Translations under genes and position numbers: made by a program
Origin: Podarcis vaucheri
Taxonomy: Eukaryota
Direction: 5' to 3' (one strand)
Length of the DNA: 64,000 bases
Assembly (NCBI GenBank): GCA_965113315.1
Contig: OZ220375.1
The notes under the pieces: model-generated
The model's database searches: none
What the model was told of the DNA's origin: nothing
Seen by the model: the letters and a program-made list of their open reading frames with translations, nothing else
Shown: positions 49,485 through 63,460 of the stretch, piece after piece
How positions within the stretch are numbered: position 1 is the first letter of the stretch
How the letters are laid out: each line of letters starts with the position of its first letter

Positions 49485-51493
49485 AATTAAAATGTGCATC
49501 TCTCTTTTTTATATATTTATATTGAAGGGGCGGGGAGAGAGAAGATCTTTTCATGGTTCCTATGAGATTACAAGCAAGGGTGCAAACATCTCTGCAAAAC
49601 TCATTGAGGTTTCCAGTGCGGTGCCTGGCCTAGAGTAAAGGAATCCTTTCCAGATGATGCCGCCTAATGTGGAAAGGATACGTGCAGTCATGCAACTGAA
49701 CACATGCCTTCTGGACCTTCGGCCTTCCTTGACTAAACAAGCTGAAGTGGGGTTGCTGGGTATATCCAGGGTGTTGGGAACACATCACTGAATGACAGGG
49801 TGGTGCAACCTGCAACTGAAGAAGTGGTGATGCAACCCATCCTTAAAAAACTCACTCTGGACCAAATGGTGTTTAACATCTGCTTGCCACTTCCCATTAT
49901 TCCTTTTGGGGGGGGCAGTGATTGAGAGGGTGCTGGGAGAATAACTTAATGTGTTTCTGAATTACATTGATTATTTGAATACACTTAAATCTGGACTTTA
50001 AAATGGCTTGTTGAGTAGGTACCTGCATTGCCAAATAAGTGGCTGTTTTCCTGTGTGGCTGACTTCATTGAGTAATACTGGGAAAGTGTTATCCAACCCC
50101 CCTGGTATGTGATGGGGTTCTGTGGGGAACCCTTTTGCCCCCAGTGTCATTTGACATTTATCTGGAGCCATTGGGAGCAATCTTTAAAATTTTTGGAGTA
50201 TTGTGCTTTCTATTTTTGGAAGATATGTTTTTTTCCCCTTTCAGACCACTTAAACACTCCCTCTGAAGTAGTAAGTAGGTAACTCTTTGATACATTTTTT
50301 GGTCATTAGTTTTCTTTGGCTTTTTTGGTCATTAGTTTTCTTTGGCTTTCCCTAAGAAGCTAGAAGTTACAAAATGGTTGGTGTGTGTGGCATTAAAGAA
50401 ATGGCTGCCATAGTGTGATGCTTTTTTAAAAAAATGGCTGCAGTGAGGGTATAACATAACTTCAAAAATCAAAAATGGAGAGAGATGGCAACAAAACAGT
50501 GCACATATACCCCTCCTCTCAATCAATGTGCTTAGGAACCATTTCAATACCTACGTAGAATAGCTCTCTGCGTCTATCCTCTGTTCAGAACAGATGGGAT
50601 GGTGGGTGTCCAGCTCTGTCATCCTTTGAAATGTGGACATTAAAAGTGGCATTATCAGTGAAGTAGACGTTGTACCTGTTTAAACAGGGACTGAGCAGCA
50701 GATTTCTTTTTAGAGAATATTTGAATTCTGGATTATTTTAGGAGCTATTACAACTTTTCATGAACTCACAGGTACCACTTTGGCAACCCCTGATTTAAGG
50801 TCAGACCTTAAATTTATGCAAAATGTGAGTGAGGTGGGGAGAATAGAGGAAGCTGCCCAGACCCCAGAACAATTGACTTTGCTGCTCACCAGCTGGTGGA
50901 AAAAAAGAGTCGATACTGTGAGCTGCTGGGTCTTCCTTTGCAAATGACATCCGCTCAGATAGTATGCTTACAGATAGCACAGAACCCTTCTATTTTCAGT
51001 ATGGTCGGATCTGGGAGGAGGAAATGTCATGTTGCCTTTCCCCCTGCTACTCCTCTGTGGCTTTATGTAGGCTTTAAAATTCAAATTTACTAGTAAATAT
51101 GATTCAGGGTTGTATTTGGGTTGTTTGTTCCCCAGGTTGTTCCAGGTCATGTCAGTACTGATCCACAGCCTCAGATTGGGTAGTGGGGCTATATACAATG
51201 CTTACCAATCTCCTAGTAGTTTTTGTCAAGCATGATTCAACTTCAAACGACACTATCCCTTTGGGGAAAGTCTAATCACAGCTATCTCTCTCAAAATCAC
51301 TGGTCTCAATTCTCTTAACAAAATAGACAAGAGATATGTCATTAGCAAGCACCACAACCAAAATCTAAAAAAGGATATAAAACCTTGTGTTTTTGAGAAT
51401 TGGATCCAGGCATAGGCAGAACTGTGTCAGTTTCTGATTAGTCTATTCCCCTTTTTATGTTCAGGTATGTTTTCCACCAGCTGATCCTGAAAC

Positions 51494-54400
51494 ATGGTAA
51501 CCTATTGTGGGAGGCAAAATTTTCTCACCAGGATCATGCTGGCGGTCGTGTTGCTGCTTGCACTGTTGTGTCAAACTGCATCCAAAACACATTCCATTAA
51601 CTGCAGCATATATGATGATCCCCTCCCTATTCCTCATAACTTTTATAAACCAGGTGATATAATCATTGGGCAGATTGTTTCCCAGGTATTCTTAAATTAC
51701 GATAACCTCTCTTTCACGGAACAGCCTATGCAGACATTGATTGATGAACCTATGTAAGTCATAATTTCTTTACTCTCTCTCATTCTATGTTCAGGTCACA
51801 CTAACTGAGAAGATATCTATAATGCAATGCTGTGCTGTAAGAAATTGTTAACTTTATTCCATGAGAAAAGGGGAACCTGCAAACTTCCAACTGTAAATCA
51901 TGGGATGAGGTGGGGGATAGAAAGTAATTTGAGAATTTGGCCTATAGCCACCATACAAATAATCAATTATAAACACTTGGGAAGAAATGTTGCAAATATT
52001 TCAGAGGCAGTGGCAATCACCCTCTTTGTCCCCAAATTTAGCAGGATGTTTTACACAAACTAGGTTTGGTTTGGAACAATGTGGATGGAGCCTGATTTAT
52101 CTTGGATATCTCTTGAATCTATATTAATGATCTGGCCTCATATCCAGGCTTCATTCAAATGCAATACATACCTCAAATATACATACATTAAGTTAGATTC
52201 CCTGAACCCATTAAGCCCCAGTTAGTCATGTCCATTAATTTCAAATGACCTACTATGGCTGATTTTGTATGGAATCAGCATGAAGATAAGCACACATAGA
52301 GAGACACTTTGGATTGTTGTGGTTGCCAATGAGGGCATGTGATTGAATATGGAGAATAGGTTTGTGGAACAATATATTAACATTCAGAATGATCCCAGTG
52401 CATTTAAAGAGCATGGCTATTCAGGGGGAATATGTCTACTTCAGATGTCATTTTTTTTAAAAAAATATCTATTGTCTTCTATGATCCCATGTTTTGCCTC
52501 AGCCTTGCAAGGATTAAGATGATGAAGAAGATAGCAGATCCTTGTTGTCATTGCTGCGGTCATTTTGTTAAACAGCTGCAATCCTTATTACAGTTCAGTG
52601 CCTAAGAACTACCAGCATATTCTGGCTCTAGCATTTGCTGTCAAAGAGATCAATGAGAACCCCACAATCTTGGCAAACATCTCTCTTGGCTTCCACATCC
52701 TCAATAGCTACTTCAATGCAAAGATGACCTACAAGGCCACTCTGAGCCTCCTTTCCACACAACAAAGATTTGTCCCCAACTTCAGCTGTCACAACCAAAA
52801 CAATATGATAGCACTCATTGGAGAATGTTTCTCTGAGATCTCTGCTAACATTGAAGTGATTTTGGCAAGCAAGAAGACTCCTCAGGTATGTTTAGTGCAT
52901 GAAGGCATGGAGATTTTGCAATTGTGATATGCCCTCCTGATTTCAAGAACACATTACGTAAAGTTTCTTTTGATGATTTGGTGACAAAATTGGTTAAATA
53001 CTTGATGGTGATACCAATAGGTGGACTTATAGTACAATACAACAGGATTCTAAAGGAGTGATTATCAATTTCTGCTCTTTAAATGAAGTGAGGTTTTGAG
53101 GTGTGTGGTGCAGGGTTCTGTCTTGCACCAAGAAGACTTCAGCATTTTCTTCAAATACTTACATGAAGAAATGGAAGGAATCCCAATGTCATCCACTAGG
53201 GAAGAATGGTTAAGACCTCAGTAGGCAAGAATAAAATTGAAATTCTGCTGGTGAAGTATTGGATTTGCTGAATTGTTATCTGGTTGCAATAATAGACTGG
53301 ATGAGGGCCAAAAAAGAAAATATTAATTCAGACAAGAATGTGTTTCTGCTACTAGGTGGGCATGTTGTATGGCTGATTGATATGCAGCCCACTCTTAAAG
53401 AGACACAACTCTGCCTCTGAAAGAGTGGGCCCATAGTTTGGTGCTCATCCTTGATCATGATTCAGGCCTCATCATGGGACTGAAATTGCCTCGGTTGCGC
53501 TGGTTGATGATCTCTTGCAGGCTAGGGACAAATGTTGAAGCTGTTTCCTATTTCTGCTGTATATCTCAACGGCTTTTGAGACCATCGATCATGACATCCT
53601 TCTGGACCGTCTTGAGGAGCTGGGAGCCGGGGGCACTGTTTATACAGTGGTTCCGCTCCTTTCTCCTGAACTTCATATAGATATTAAAAAGCATGGGGGA
53701 AAGGATGGAACCCTGAGGCACCCCACAAGTGAGAGCCCTAGGGTCTGAACACTCATCCCCCAACACCACTTTCTGGACAAGGCCCAGGAGAAAGGAACAG
53801 AACCACTGTATGTGCCCAGAGCTCCCAGCCCCTCTAGACGGTCCAAAGGATGTCATGATCAATGGTCTCAAAAGCCGTTGAGATATACAGCAGAAATAGG
53901 AAACAGCTTCAACCTTTGTCCCTGAATCCTGATTGGAAGGGATCCAAATGGTCCGCATCCTCCAGGCATGCTTGGAGTTGTTCAGCAACCACCCGCTCAA
54001 TCACCTTGCCCAAGAATGGAAGATTTGAGACTGGGCAATAGTTGGCCATATTGGCCGGGTCTAAAGATTTTTTTTAAGAAGCAGTTTAATGACTGCCTCT
54101 TTCAGCGGGTCTGGGAAGGCTCCCTCGCAGAGGGAAGCATTCACCACCCCACAGAGCCCATCACCCAGCCCTTCCTGGCTTGCTTTTATCAACCAGGATG
54201 GACAAGGATCAAGGAGACAGGTGGCTGCTTTCACTCGTCGAAGCAGCCTGTCCACATCCTCGGAGGTAACAGATTGAAATTGATCCCATATAACATGACC
54301 ACATAACCAGACAGAGGGACTTCTCAGTAGTGGCGCCTTCCCTGTGGAACACCCTTCCATCAGATGTCAAGGAAATAAACAACTATCAGGTTTTTAGAAG

Positions 54401-57400
54401 ACATCTGAAGGCAACCCTGTTTGAAGTTTTATTCTGTTTTTAATGTTCAGTTGAAAGCCGCCCAAAGTAGCTGGGGAAACCCAGACANNNNNNNNNNNNN
54501 NNNNNNNNNNNNNNNNNNNNNNNNNNNNNNNNNNNNNNNNNNNNNNNNNNNNNNNNNNNNNNNNNNNNNNNNNNNNNNNNNNNNNNNNNNNNNNNNNNNN
54601 NNNNNNNNNNNNNNNNNNNNNNNNNNNNNNNNNNNNAAAAGGCTCAGTGGCATAGGTACTGAAGAGTGCCATTCAACAGTTTTGGTTAGTGGTCCAGCTA
54701 TAAAAACCCATATGGCTATGGAGAACCTGGCTGCAGTTGTAGGCCAAGCACACTTATATGCCTAAGGAACGGGTATTTCATTACAATAAGACCAGGTGAC
54801 CGGTGCCAGTGCTATGATTCTACAATGTAGCTGTTTTCCTCACCTGAAAATAACCCCTTTAATTTTTATTTCAGCTCACTTATGGAACATTTTTGCCATC
54901 ACAGGATGAGAGAATAATTTCCCCTTTTTTGTACCATATGGTCCCAAACGAAGCCCACCAGTACATGGGAGCTGTTCAGTTATTTCAGCATTTTGGATGG
55001 ACATGGGTTGGGCTCTCGTCTGTGGACAATGACAAAGGGGACAGATTCCTACAGACAATGCTGCCTTTGCTTTCTGAGAATGACATCTGCTATGCTTTTA
55101 TTATAAGATTACCACGATGGAGTTACGTAGAAGAGCTCATACAGTTGCTTCTACAACACTGGAACAGTTATGCAATTATCATTCAAAAAAAAGCCAACAC
55201 ATTTTTTGTACATGGAGAAAACCCATCCTTTCGAGTTTTGAGAATATTGCTATTTCTAGCACATTTCACTGAGTTGCCTCCTCTTGAGAAAGTATGGATT
55301 ATTACATCTCACTGGGATTTCACATCAATGTCTCTTCAAAAGAATTGGGAAATGCAAACTTTCCATGGCTCCTTATCCTTCAGTGTTCACTCAGATCAGC
55401 CATTAGGATTCCAAGAATTCATTCAAACATTAAATCCTTCCTGGTCGAAGGGAGATGGTTTTATCCAGGACTTCTGGGAACAGGCCTTCAGCTGTTCATT
55501 AAAAATGCTCATGGAGAATGAGGAGAGTGCCTGTACTGGAGAGGAACAGCTGGAGAGCATTCCTGGAATATTATTTGAAATGAAAATGACAGGTCACAGC
55601 TACAGTATCTACAATGCTGTCTATGCTGTTGCACATGCTTTGCAAGCCATGTACAAATCCACCTCAAGGCGTAGAAGTTTGGATAAAAGGAACAGATTGT
55701 TATTACAGAATGTGCAACCATGGCAGGTAATGATAATTCAGTGTTTGATTGTTTTTTAAAAGGTAAGCTAGCTTTTAATACAGAGGTAAAAGGAACTGTT
55801 TCAGAAAACAGTTTACTAAAGTTGTTTTCATGTTATTGTTCTTGTATATGTTAATCCAGCTCCAATTACAGAACGTTACTTGGAAGTGGGTATTTCTGGA
55901 TTTGCAACTGCCTTTAGGTAGGAATGAAAATCCAATATTTACTTATTTATTTATTAGAAAGCAGGCAAACAAGCAGAGATTAACAGCTCCATATGTCTCC
56001 ATTAAACAAAAATTCACTCAGATTCTTATGTTGTATTTTATGAACCCGTATTGATCAATAGTGTTGCTCTCATAATGATGTAATCCATTTCAAAATTATT
56101 TGCAATAAGAAACTCACATTAAAGCAAATGAAAGGAAATGACAGCTTGGTGGATAGGCCTCCACGTGTAGAGAGGAATTTAACCTAGTGCTAAATTGGAG
56201 TGTGCACAAGGTCATCTCCCTCCTACCCCCTCTTCTCTCTCTGCATTTTATGTAAACCTGTTTGACAGACTCCTCCAACCTGTGATGGCTTGTGAGCGCC
56301 TTCCGCAAGAAATGCCTCTGCTCACTCAGAGATACATATATACATCCTTTATTTTACATATGTACAAGCAGCACACATAATCATGCATCTGAATCCTCCG
56401 GCTCAGATTCTTGGAGTGCCTTATGGCCACCCCTTCTCCAGTAGAAAAGGCGTGAAATTCTCATGTGATGTCTCTGTCCCCTCCTCTTTAACACTTTCCT
56501 TTCCTGGGCAGATGGAACAGGCATTGCTTCACTGTCCGTGCCAGAGCTTCCTGTGCGGTGTTGAGGCTCTGTTCCAACATCTGTGAGTCGTTCCTCCTCA
56601 CTTTCCCTTCTTTCCTCCACCGTCACTTTCTGCCCCCCTTCCTCTGCCTGTCTCTCCTCTTCCCCTTCATTCTCCATCAATACCATGACACAACCCTCCA
56701 GAGAAAATTTAGGAGGTGCAGCTGAGTGAAGATGGTCCCATTGCAAAAGCAGATCTCTCTCTCAATTACTTTCCTACGGTAAAAAATAGTAGCTGTAAGA
56801 TAGCTCTTTGTGAATGTCATTAAAATAATTTAAAACATAGTTATCCTATTTTTCATATTCATTTTGAATCTAGGTTCATCATTTACTAAGGAACATCATA
56901 TTCAATAACAGTGTTGGAGACACGATCCACTTTAATGAAAATAGAGAATTAGTTGCAGGCTTTGATATTACAAACTGGATGATGTTCCCCAATGGCTCAG
57001 TGGTCAGAGTAAAAGTTGGAAGGCTAGAATCTCAGGCTCCTTCAGGTGATGAATTAACCATGAATTATGACCAGATTGTGTGGCATCAAAGCTTTAATCA
57101 GGTAAGACATAATATTATTATCATTAACCTGTTATTAAATTTGTATAGCTCCCCTCATCCATAGAACTCAAGACAGTTTGCAGAATAAAAATACAAGATA
57201 AATACACAAAATTGATAATAAAACAAAAAACTAACAATAACACCCCTTTCTATTATTATATAATAATTATGTAATTATTTTGAACTGTGTAAAAGTAATC
57301 TGTAGCTATGTCCAGTTGCTGGTGAAACAAAATCTACCTATAGTGAACTTGTAAATTACCATATGTACCTCTTCCCTTAAGAAAGGGGTATTCTGCTTAC

Positions 57401-60272
57401 ACCTTGATATGTCCTTGCATTCTCTCAAGATAATCTGCAAGTTTCTCTTGTGGGGAATGTTTGGATATTTAAGAAAGAAAATGTCAATTAAGCCAATTCA
57501 GCATTCTGTCATCTCATAAGGTACTGAATTGTGTTTGACAGCATTCTTTTTTTCTTCTTTTTCTTTTTTGCTGCTGCTGCTATTTTAAATTCCTTCTTTA
57601 TGAGGATTAATCTATATTTTCAAAGTAGTTCATGTGGGGTTTTTTGAGTTCATGCTTGCATATCTTTAAATAAATGAATAAACCAGGAAACTGTTCAAAA
57701 ATTATCATGACTTCAAAAAAAGCACAGAATCACTTGTTACATCATTAACCAGGTCTTATCTTCAAAGGGACTTAAAACCCTTCCTGGTTATTTTTACATC
57801 CTGGGAATGAGGGCAGATATAACTTAAATGGTCACTTCCAGAGTCGTACCATTACTGTCAGTCATAAAACTCTAATGTATACTCAAATGTAATTACCGGT
57901 ATGTTTAGTTGTGAATATAGCAGCTGTGAACAGATTCATTCATATGCTCTTGATTTTGTTTTAAAATTATATATTTAGAGAAGAAAACAAGCTCAAATGG
58001 AGAAACACACATCTTCCCATCTTCTAATCCCCCCTTGAATATAAAGCCTACCCTCACTATTCAGCAAAGCGGTGTGATGTGATAAGACAGATAAGGCACC
58101 TCCATCAGATTCTGTGATTTGACATTCCCTCACTGTTGAGGCAGGCCTTCAAAAGTCTCTGAAATTTCATTCCAAACTGAAATTGAGAAAATTTATGGCA
58201 TGTCAAATGACTTTGTTCAGTGCCAGCAAGTCTGCTCACCTTATTTGGTGTGTGGAGTTGCAGCCAGGCCCCAGGCCCAGCAAGTGATCCGACCAGGTAC
58301 GGAGACTTACACCCTCCTCACTGCCGCATCGCCCCATCAGTGGAGCTGAGTGGGACCCCTCTCAGACGCTGGGCCCCACTAACTAATCAGTGCCAAAGAA
58401 AGGCAAGACTGTAGGAAATTTAAACCATGGCACCATGGAGAGACAGTCCTCTCATGCCCTTCGCCAGATTGGGTCAGATCAACAGACTCTTTGCAAATCT
58501 GCCACTCTAAAGAAAAGAACACTCATATTGCTGATCATCTTTCATGTTTCTATATAGGTTCTGCCTCGTTCTGTGTGCACTGACAGCTGCTATCCGGGCT
58601 CTAGCAGGAAAAAGAAGGAAGGAGAGAAATTTTGCTGCTATGACTGTGCTCTGTGTCCAGATGGGATGATCTCCGACAGGAAGGGTATTGAGAGACCAAT
58701 TGATATTAATAAGCTTAGGTATTTATTATTGATATATTCACAGTGAAAAGGAGATTCCTCACTTGCTCCAGTGGGTGAGAGGGTAGTGCCCAAAGAGAGA
58801 GATTAAAATCATCAGGAGACCAGCAAATGCATTTCGGCTCAAGAAATATATCAGCATAATAATAAAAAAGAACAATCAACAATATATTAAACATGGATTA
58901 ATACAGTGGAAGGCAGAAATAATAAGCCATCTAGGCAAAGGGAATCTCCCCCCAAAACAGACATTCAGGCCTACTTCAATCATGAAAAAGAATATACTGA
59001 TCAAAGTTCTCTTCCATTCTACACTGCCTGGTGTGATTAACTTTTTCATCCTTTATCATTCACCACCCAAGTTGACCTCATTAATACAGAGAACATAGAT
59101 TCATTGAATATCTATGAAGATAGTATGTATTAAAGATTCTTAAAAATATTTTTAAAAAGAAAACACAGAGAGGCATTTAGACAGTGAATGGGAAAGTGTG
59201 ATTGAGGGAAAGAGATGTTACTATTGTGTTGTCAGGTAAAAAGTGCAAGAAGATGAAAGGCTGAATGGCTACTAACTTCTATAGTTAACTAGACATCTGG
59301 AAATATAACTATTGTTGCATTTTTGTGTGTTAAATGCTTAAAATATTGAAGCACCTCTTCCATTTCTCAGATATGGATGCATGTGTCAAATGTCCAGAAG
59401 ACCAGTATCCCAACAAGGACCAAACTAAATGCATTCCAAAATTGGTAACATATCTCTCTTATAAGGAAGAATTGGGGATCATGTTAGCTACCTTGGCTAT
59501 TTCTTTCTCTTTGACCACATGTTCAGTATTTGGAATTTTTATGAAGCACAAGGACACTCCCATAGTGAAAGCCAACAACCGGACCCTCACCTACATCCTC
59601 CTCATCTCCCTCCTCCTTTGCTTCCTCTGCTCTTTGCTCTTCATCGGACAACCTGGAAGGGCAACCTGCCTTCTCCGTCAAACCACTTTTGGCATTGTCT
59701 TCTCTGTGGCCCTTTCTTCTGTGTTGGCAAAGACCATCACTGTGGTTGTGGCATTTATGGGAACAAAACCAGGTTCCAGGATGAGGAAATGGGTGGGGAA
59801 AAGACTCACTAATTCTATTGTTCTCTCCTGCTCTTTTATTCAGGCTGCCATTTGTACTCTTTGGTTAAGTTCTGCTCCTCCATTCCCAGGTAGAGACATG
59901 CATTCAGTGAAGGGTGAAATCATACTGCAATGTAAGGAGGGTTCTGTTTCCATGCTTTATTGTGTCTTGAGCTATATGGGTTCCCTGGCCATAATCAGCT
60001 TCATGGTGGCTTTTCTTGCCAGGAAGTTACCTGACAGCTTCAATGAGGCCAAGTTCATCACTTTCAGCATGTTGGTGTTTTGCAGTGTGTGGTTATCCTT
60101 TATTCCAACCTACCTGAGTACCAAAGGAAAATACATGGTAGCTGTGGAGATCTTCTCCATCTTATCATCCAGTGCAGGATTACTGGGTTGCATCTTTTTC
60201 CCAAAATGTTACATCATTGTGCTGAGGCCTGAGCTGAACAACAGGGAACAACTCACAAGGAAAATAAAATGA
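51494..60272 (+). CDS. V2R gene F, 886 aa; exons 51494-51753, 52594-52885, 54875-55726, 56874-57101, 58558-58684, 59371-60272
   Basis: Close paralogue of E with identical exon sizes, GT-AG junctions and an open frame. Assembly gap in intron 2. Confidence 0.92.
53458..54487. mobile_element. Rearranged L2 (same insertion site as 37408-38469) with an internal inversion and inverted duplication
   Basis: Forward 53458-53668, inverted ~53669-54295 ([18 protein letters not shown] and [12 protein letters not shown] on minus), forward 3' end running into the gap. Confidence 0.8.
54488..54636. other. Assembly gap (Ns), probably over the L2 (TTA)n tail
   Basis: Flanks correspond to ~38400 and ~38485 in paralogue E. 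Confidence 0.9.
56281..56690 (-). mobile_element. Solo LTR (410 bp)
   Basis: TGTGATGG...CCATGACA ends, perfect 5-bp TSD CAACC, AATAAA on minus. Empty site in gene E (~46575). Confidence 0.85.
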
Positions 60273-62046
60273 AATTTAAATGTGCATCTCTCTTTTTTAT
60301 ATATTTATATTCAATTGGGGAGGGGAGTCTTTTCATGGTTCCTGTGAGTTTCCAAGCAAGGGTGGAAACATCTCTGCAAAACTCATTGAGGTTTCCAGTG
60401 CTGTGCCTGGCCTACAGTAAAGGAATCTTTTCCAGATGATGCAGCCTAATGTGGAAAGGATACGTGCAGTGATACATCTGAACACATGCCTTCTGGACCT
60501 TTGACCATCCTTGACTAATTAAACAAGCTGAAGTTGGGTGGCTGGATGTAACCAGGGTGTTGGGAACACATCACTGAATGACAGGGTCATGCAACCTGCA
60601 ATTGAAGAAGTGGTGATTCAACTTGTCCTTAAAAAGCTGACTCTGGACCAAATGGTGTTTACATCTGCTTGCCACTTACCATTATTCCTTTTGGGGGACA
60701 GTGATTGTGAGGGTGCTGAGAGAAGAACTTAATGTGTTTCTGAATTACATTGATTATCTGAATACACTTAAATCTGGAATTAAAAATAGCTTGTTGAGTA
60801 GGTACCTGCATTGCCAAATAAGTGGCTGTTTTCTTGTGTGGCGGACTTCATTGAGTAATACTGGGAAAGTGTTATACAACCCCCTGGTATTTATGTGATA
60901 GGGTTCTGTGGGAAACCATTTTGCCCCCTGTGTCATTTGACATTTTTCTGGAGAAATTGGGAGTAATCTTTAAAAATTTTGGAGTATTGTGCTTTCTATT
61001 TTTGAAAGATATGTTGTTTTCCCATTCAGACCACTTAAACAATCCCTCTGAAGTTGTAAGTAGGTAAGTTCTATTGTCTCCTCTGAAAGAGCAACAAAAA
61101 TGGAGAGATGAGAACAAAATAGAGTATATATACCCCTCCTCTCAATCAATGTGTGTGGGAACCATTTCAATACCTACAGAGAATAGCACCCTGCATCTCT
61201 CCTCTGTTCAGAACAGATGGGGTGGTGGGTATCCAGTTCTGTCATCCTATGAAATCTGAATATTTGAATTCTGGATAATTTTAGGAACTATTTATTACAG
61301 CTTCTCATGAGCTCACAGGTACCACTTTGTCAAACCCTGATTTAAGGTCAGACTTTAAATTATGCAAAATGTGAGTCAGGCAGGAAGAATAGAGTAAGCT
61401 GCTCAGACTCTGTAACAATTGACTTCTCTGCTCACCAGCTGATGAAAATAAGAGTTGATCCTAAGAGCTTCTGGATGTTCTTTGCTAATGACATCCGTTC
61501 AGATAGTATGCTTACAGATAGCTCAGAACCCTCCTGTCCTCAGTGTGGTTTGATCTGGGAGGAGAAAATGTCACTTTGCCTTGCCACACCTCTGTGTGTT
61601 TATGTGGGCTTTAAAAATTCTAATTAAATATTAGCTCCACTCCCAAAATTGATTCAGGGTTGTATTTGAGTTGTGTGTTCCTCAGGTTGTTCCAGGTCAT
61701 GTCAGTACTGATCCACAGCCCCAGATTGGGTAGAGGGACTATACACAATACTTACAATATTCCTAATAGTTTTTGTCAAGCATGATTCAACTTCAAACGA
61801 CATCATCCCTTTTGGGAAAGTCTAATTACAGCTATCTTTCTCAAAATCACTGGTCTCAATCCTTTAAACACAATAGACATACAGACCTAATTAGCAAGCT
61901 CCACAACCAAAATCTTTTTTAAAAAAGATATAAAACCTTGTGTTTTTGAGAACTGGATCCAGGCATAGGCAGGAGTGTGTCATTTTCTGTATGGTCTGTT
62001 ACCCTTTATATGTTCAGGTATGTTTTCCACCAGCTGATTCTGAAGC

Positions 62047-63424
62047 ATGGTAACTTATGTTTGGAAGCAATATTTTCTCAACAGGACCATGCTAGTGGTT
62101 ATGTTGCTGCTTGCACTGTTGTGTCAAACTGCATCCAAGACACATTCCATTAACTGTAGCATATATGATGATCCCCTCCCTATTCCTCATAACTTTTTTA
62201 AGCCAGGTGATATAATCATTGGGGAGATTGTTTCCCAGGTGTTCTTACACTACAATAACCTCTCTTTCACGGAACAGCCTATGCAGACATTGATTGATGA
62301 ACCTATGTAAGTCATAATTTCTTTACTCTCTGTAATTCTATGCTCAGGCCACATTAACTGAAAACATATCAATAATGCAACGCTGTGCTGCCATAATTTG
62401 TTAACTTTATTCCATGAGAAAAGTGGAACCTGCAAACTTCCAACTGTAAATCGTGGGGTGAGGTGGGGGGTAGAAAGTAATTTGAGAATTTGACCTATAG
62501 CCACCATATAAATAATCAATTATAAACACTTGGGAAGAAATTTTGCAAATTATTCAGGGGCAGGGGCAATCACCCCCTTTGTCTACAAATTTAGCAGGAT
62601 GTTTTGCAGGACCTAGATTTGGTTTGAAACAATGTGGAGGGAGCCTGATTGATCTTGAATATCTCTTCAATCTCTATTAATGATCTGTCCTCATATGCAG
62701 GTTTCATTCAAAGTCAGCAAGTACCCCTAATACACATTCATTAAATTAGATTCCCTGAACTCATTAAGCCCCAGTTAGTCTGGTCCATTAAATTCAAATG
62801 AACCACTATGATTGATTTTGTATGTAATTAGCATAAAGATAAGCACACACACACAGAGAGACACACTTTGGATTGTTGCTGTTGCCAGTGAGGGCATGTA
62901 ATGGAATGTGGAGAATAGGTCTGTGGAACAATTTGTCAACCTCCAGAATGATCCCAACACATTTAAATAACATGACTATTGAGGCGGAAAATGTCTACTT
63001 CAGATGTCATATTTTTAAAAAATCTATTGTCTTCTATGGTCCCTTACAAGATTTCAGATTATGATGAAGAGTACAGATTTTTGTTGTCATAGCTGTAGTC
63101 ATTTTAATAAGCAGCTATAATCCTTATTACAGTTCAGTGCCTAAGAACTACCAGCATATTCTGGCTTTAGCATTTGCGGTCAAAGAGATCAATGAGAATC
63201 CCACAATCTCGTCAAATATCTCTCTTGGCTTCCATATCCTGAATAGTTACTTCAATGCAAGGATGACCTATAAGGCCACTCTGAGCCTCATTTCCACAGA
63301 ACAAAGATTTGTCCCCAATTTCAGCTGTCACAACCAGAACAATATGATAGCACTCATTGGAGAATGTTTCTCTGAGATCTCTGCTAACATTGCAGTGATT
63401 TTGGCAAGCAAGAAGATCCCACAG
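62047..63424 (+). CDS. V2R gene G (partial): exons 62047-62306 and 63133-63424, continues beyond the window
   Basis: Paralogous to E/F exons 1-2 (260 and 292 nt) with GT donors. The rest of the gene is not visible, so intactness is unknown. Confidence 0.88.
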
Positions 63425-63460
63425 GTATGTTTGGTGCATAAAGGTATGTAGACTTCACAG

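Noticed and set aside
50295-50350. Short tandem duplications (also ~31360-31435 and 15638-15665)
   Set aside because: Ordinary slippage or repair scars with no further structure.
51254-51270. O/E (EBF)-like site upstream of E/F/G
   Set aside because: Spacing does not fit TCCC-N2-GGGA and varies among copies.
54394-54765. ORFs containing X runs
   Set aside because: Artefacts of the N gap.
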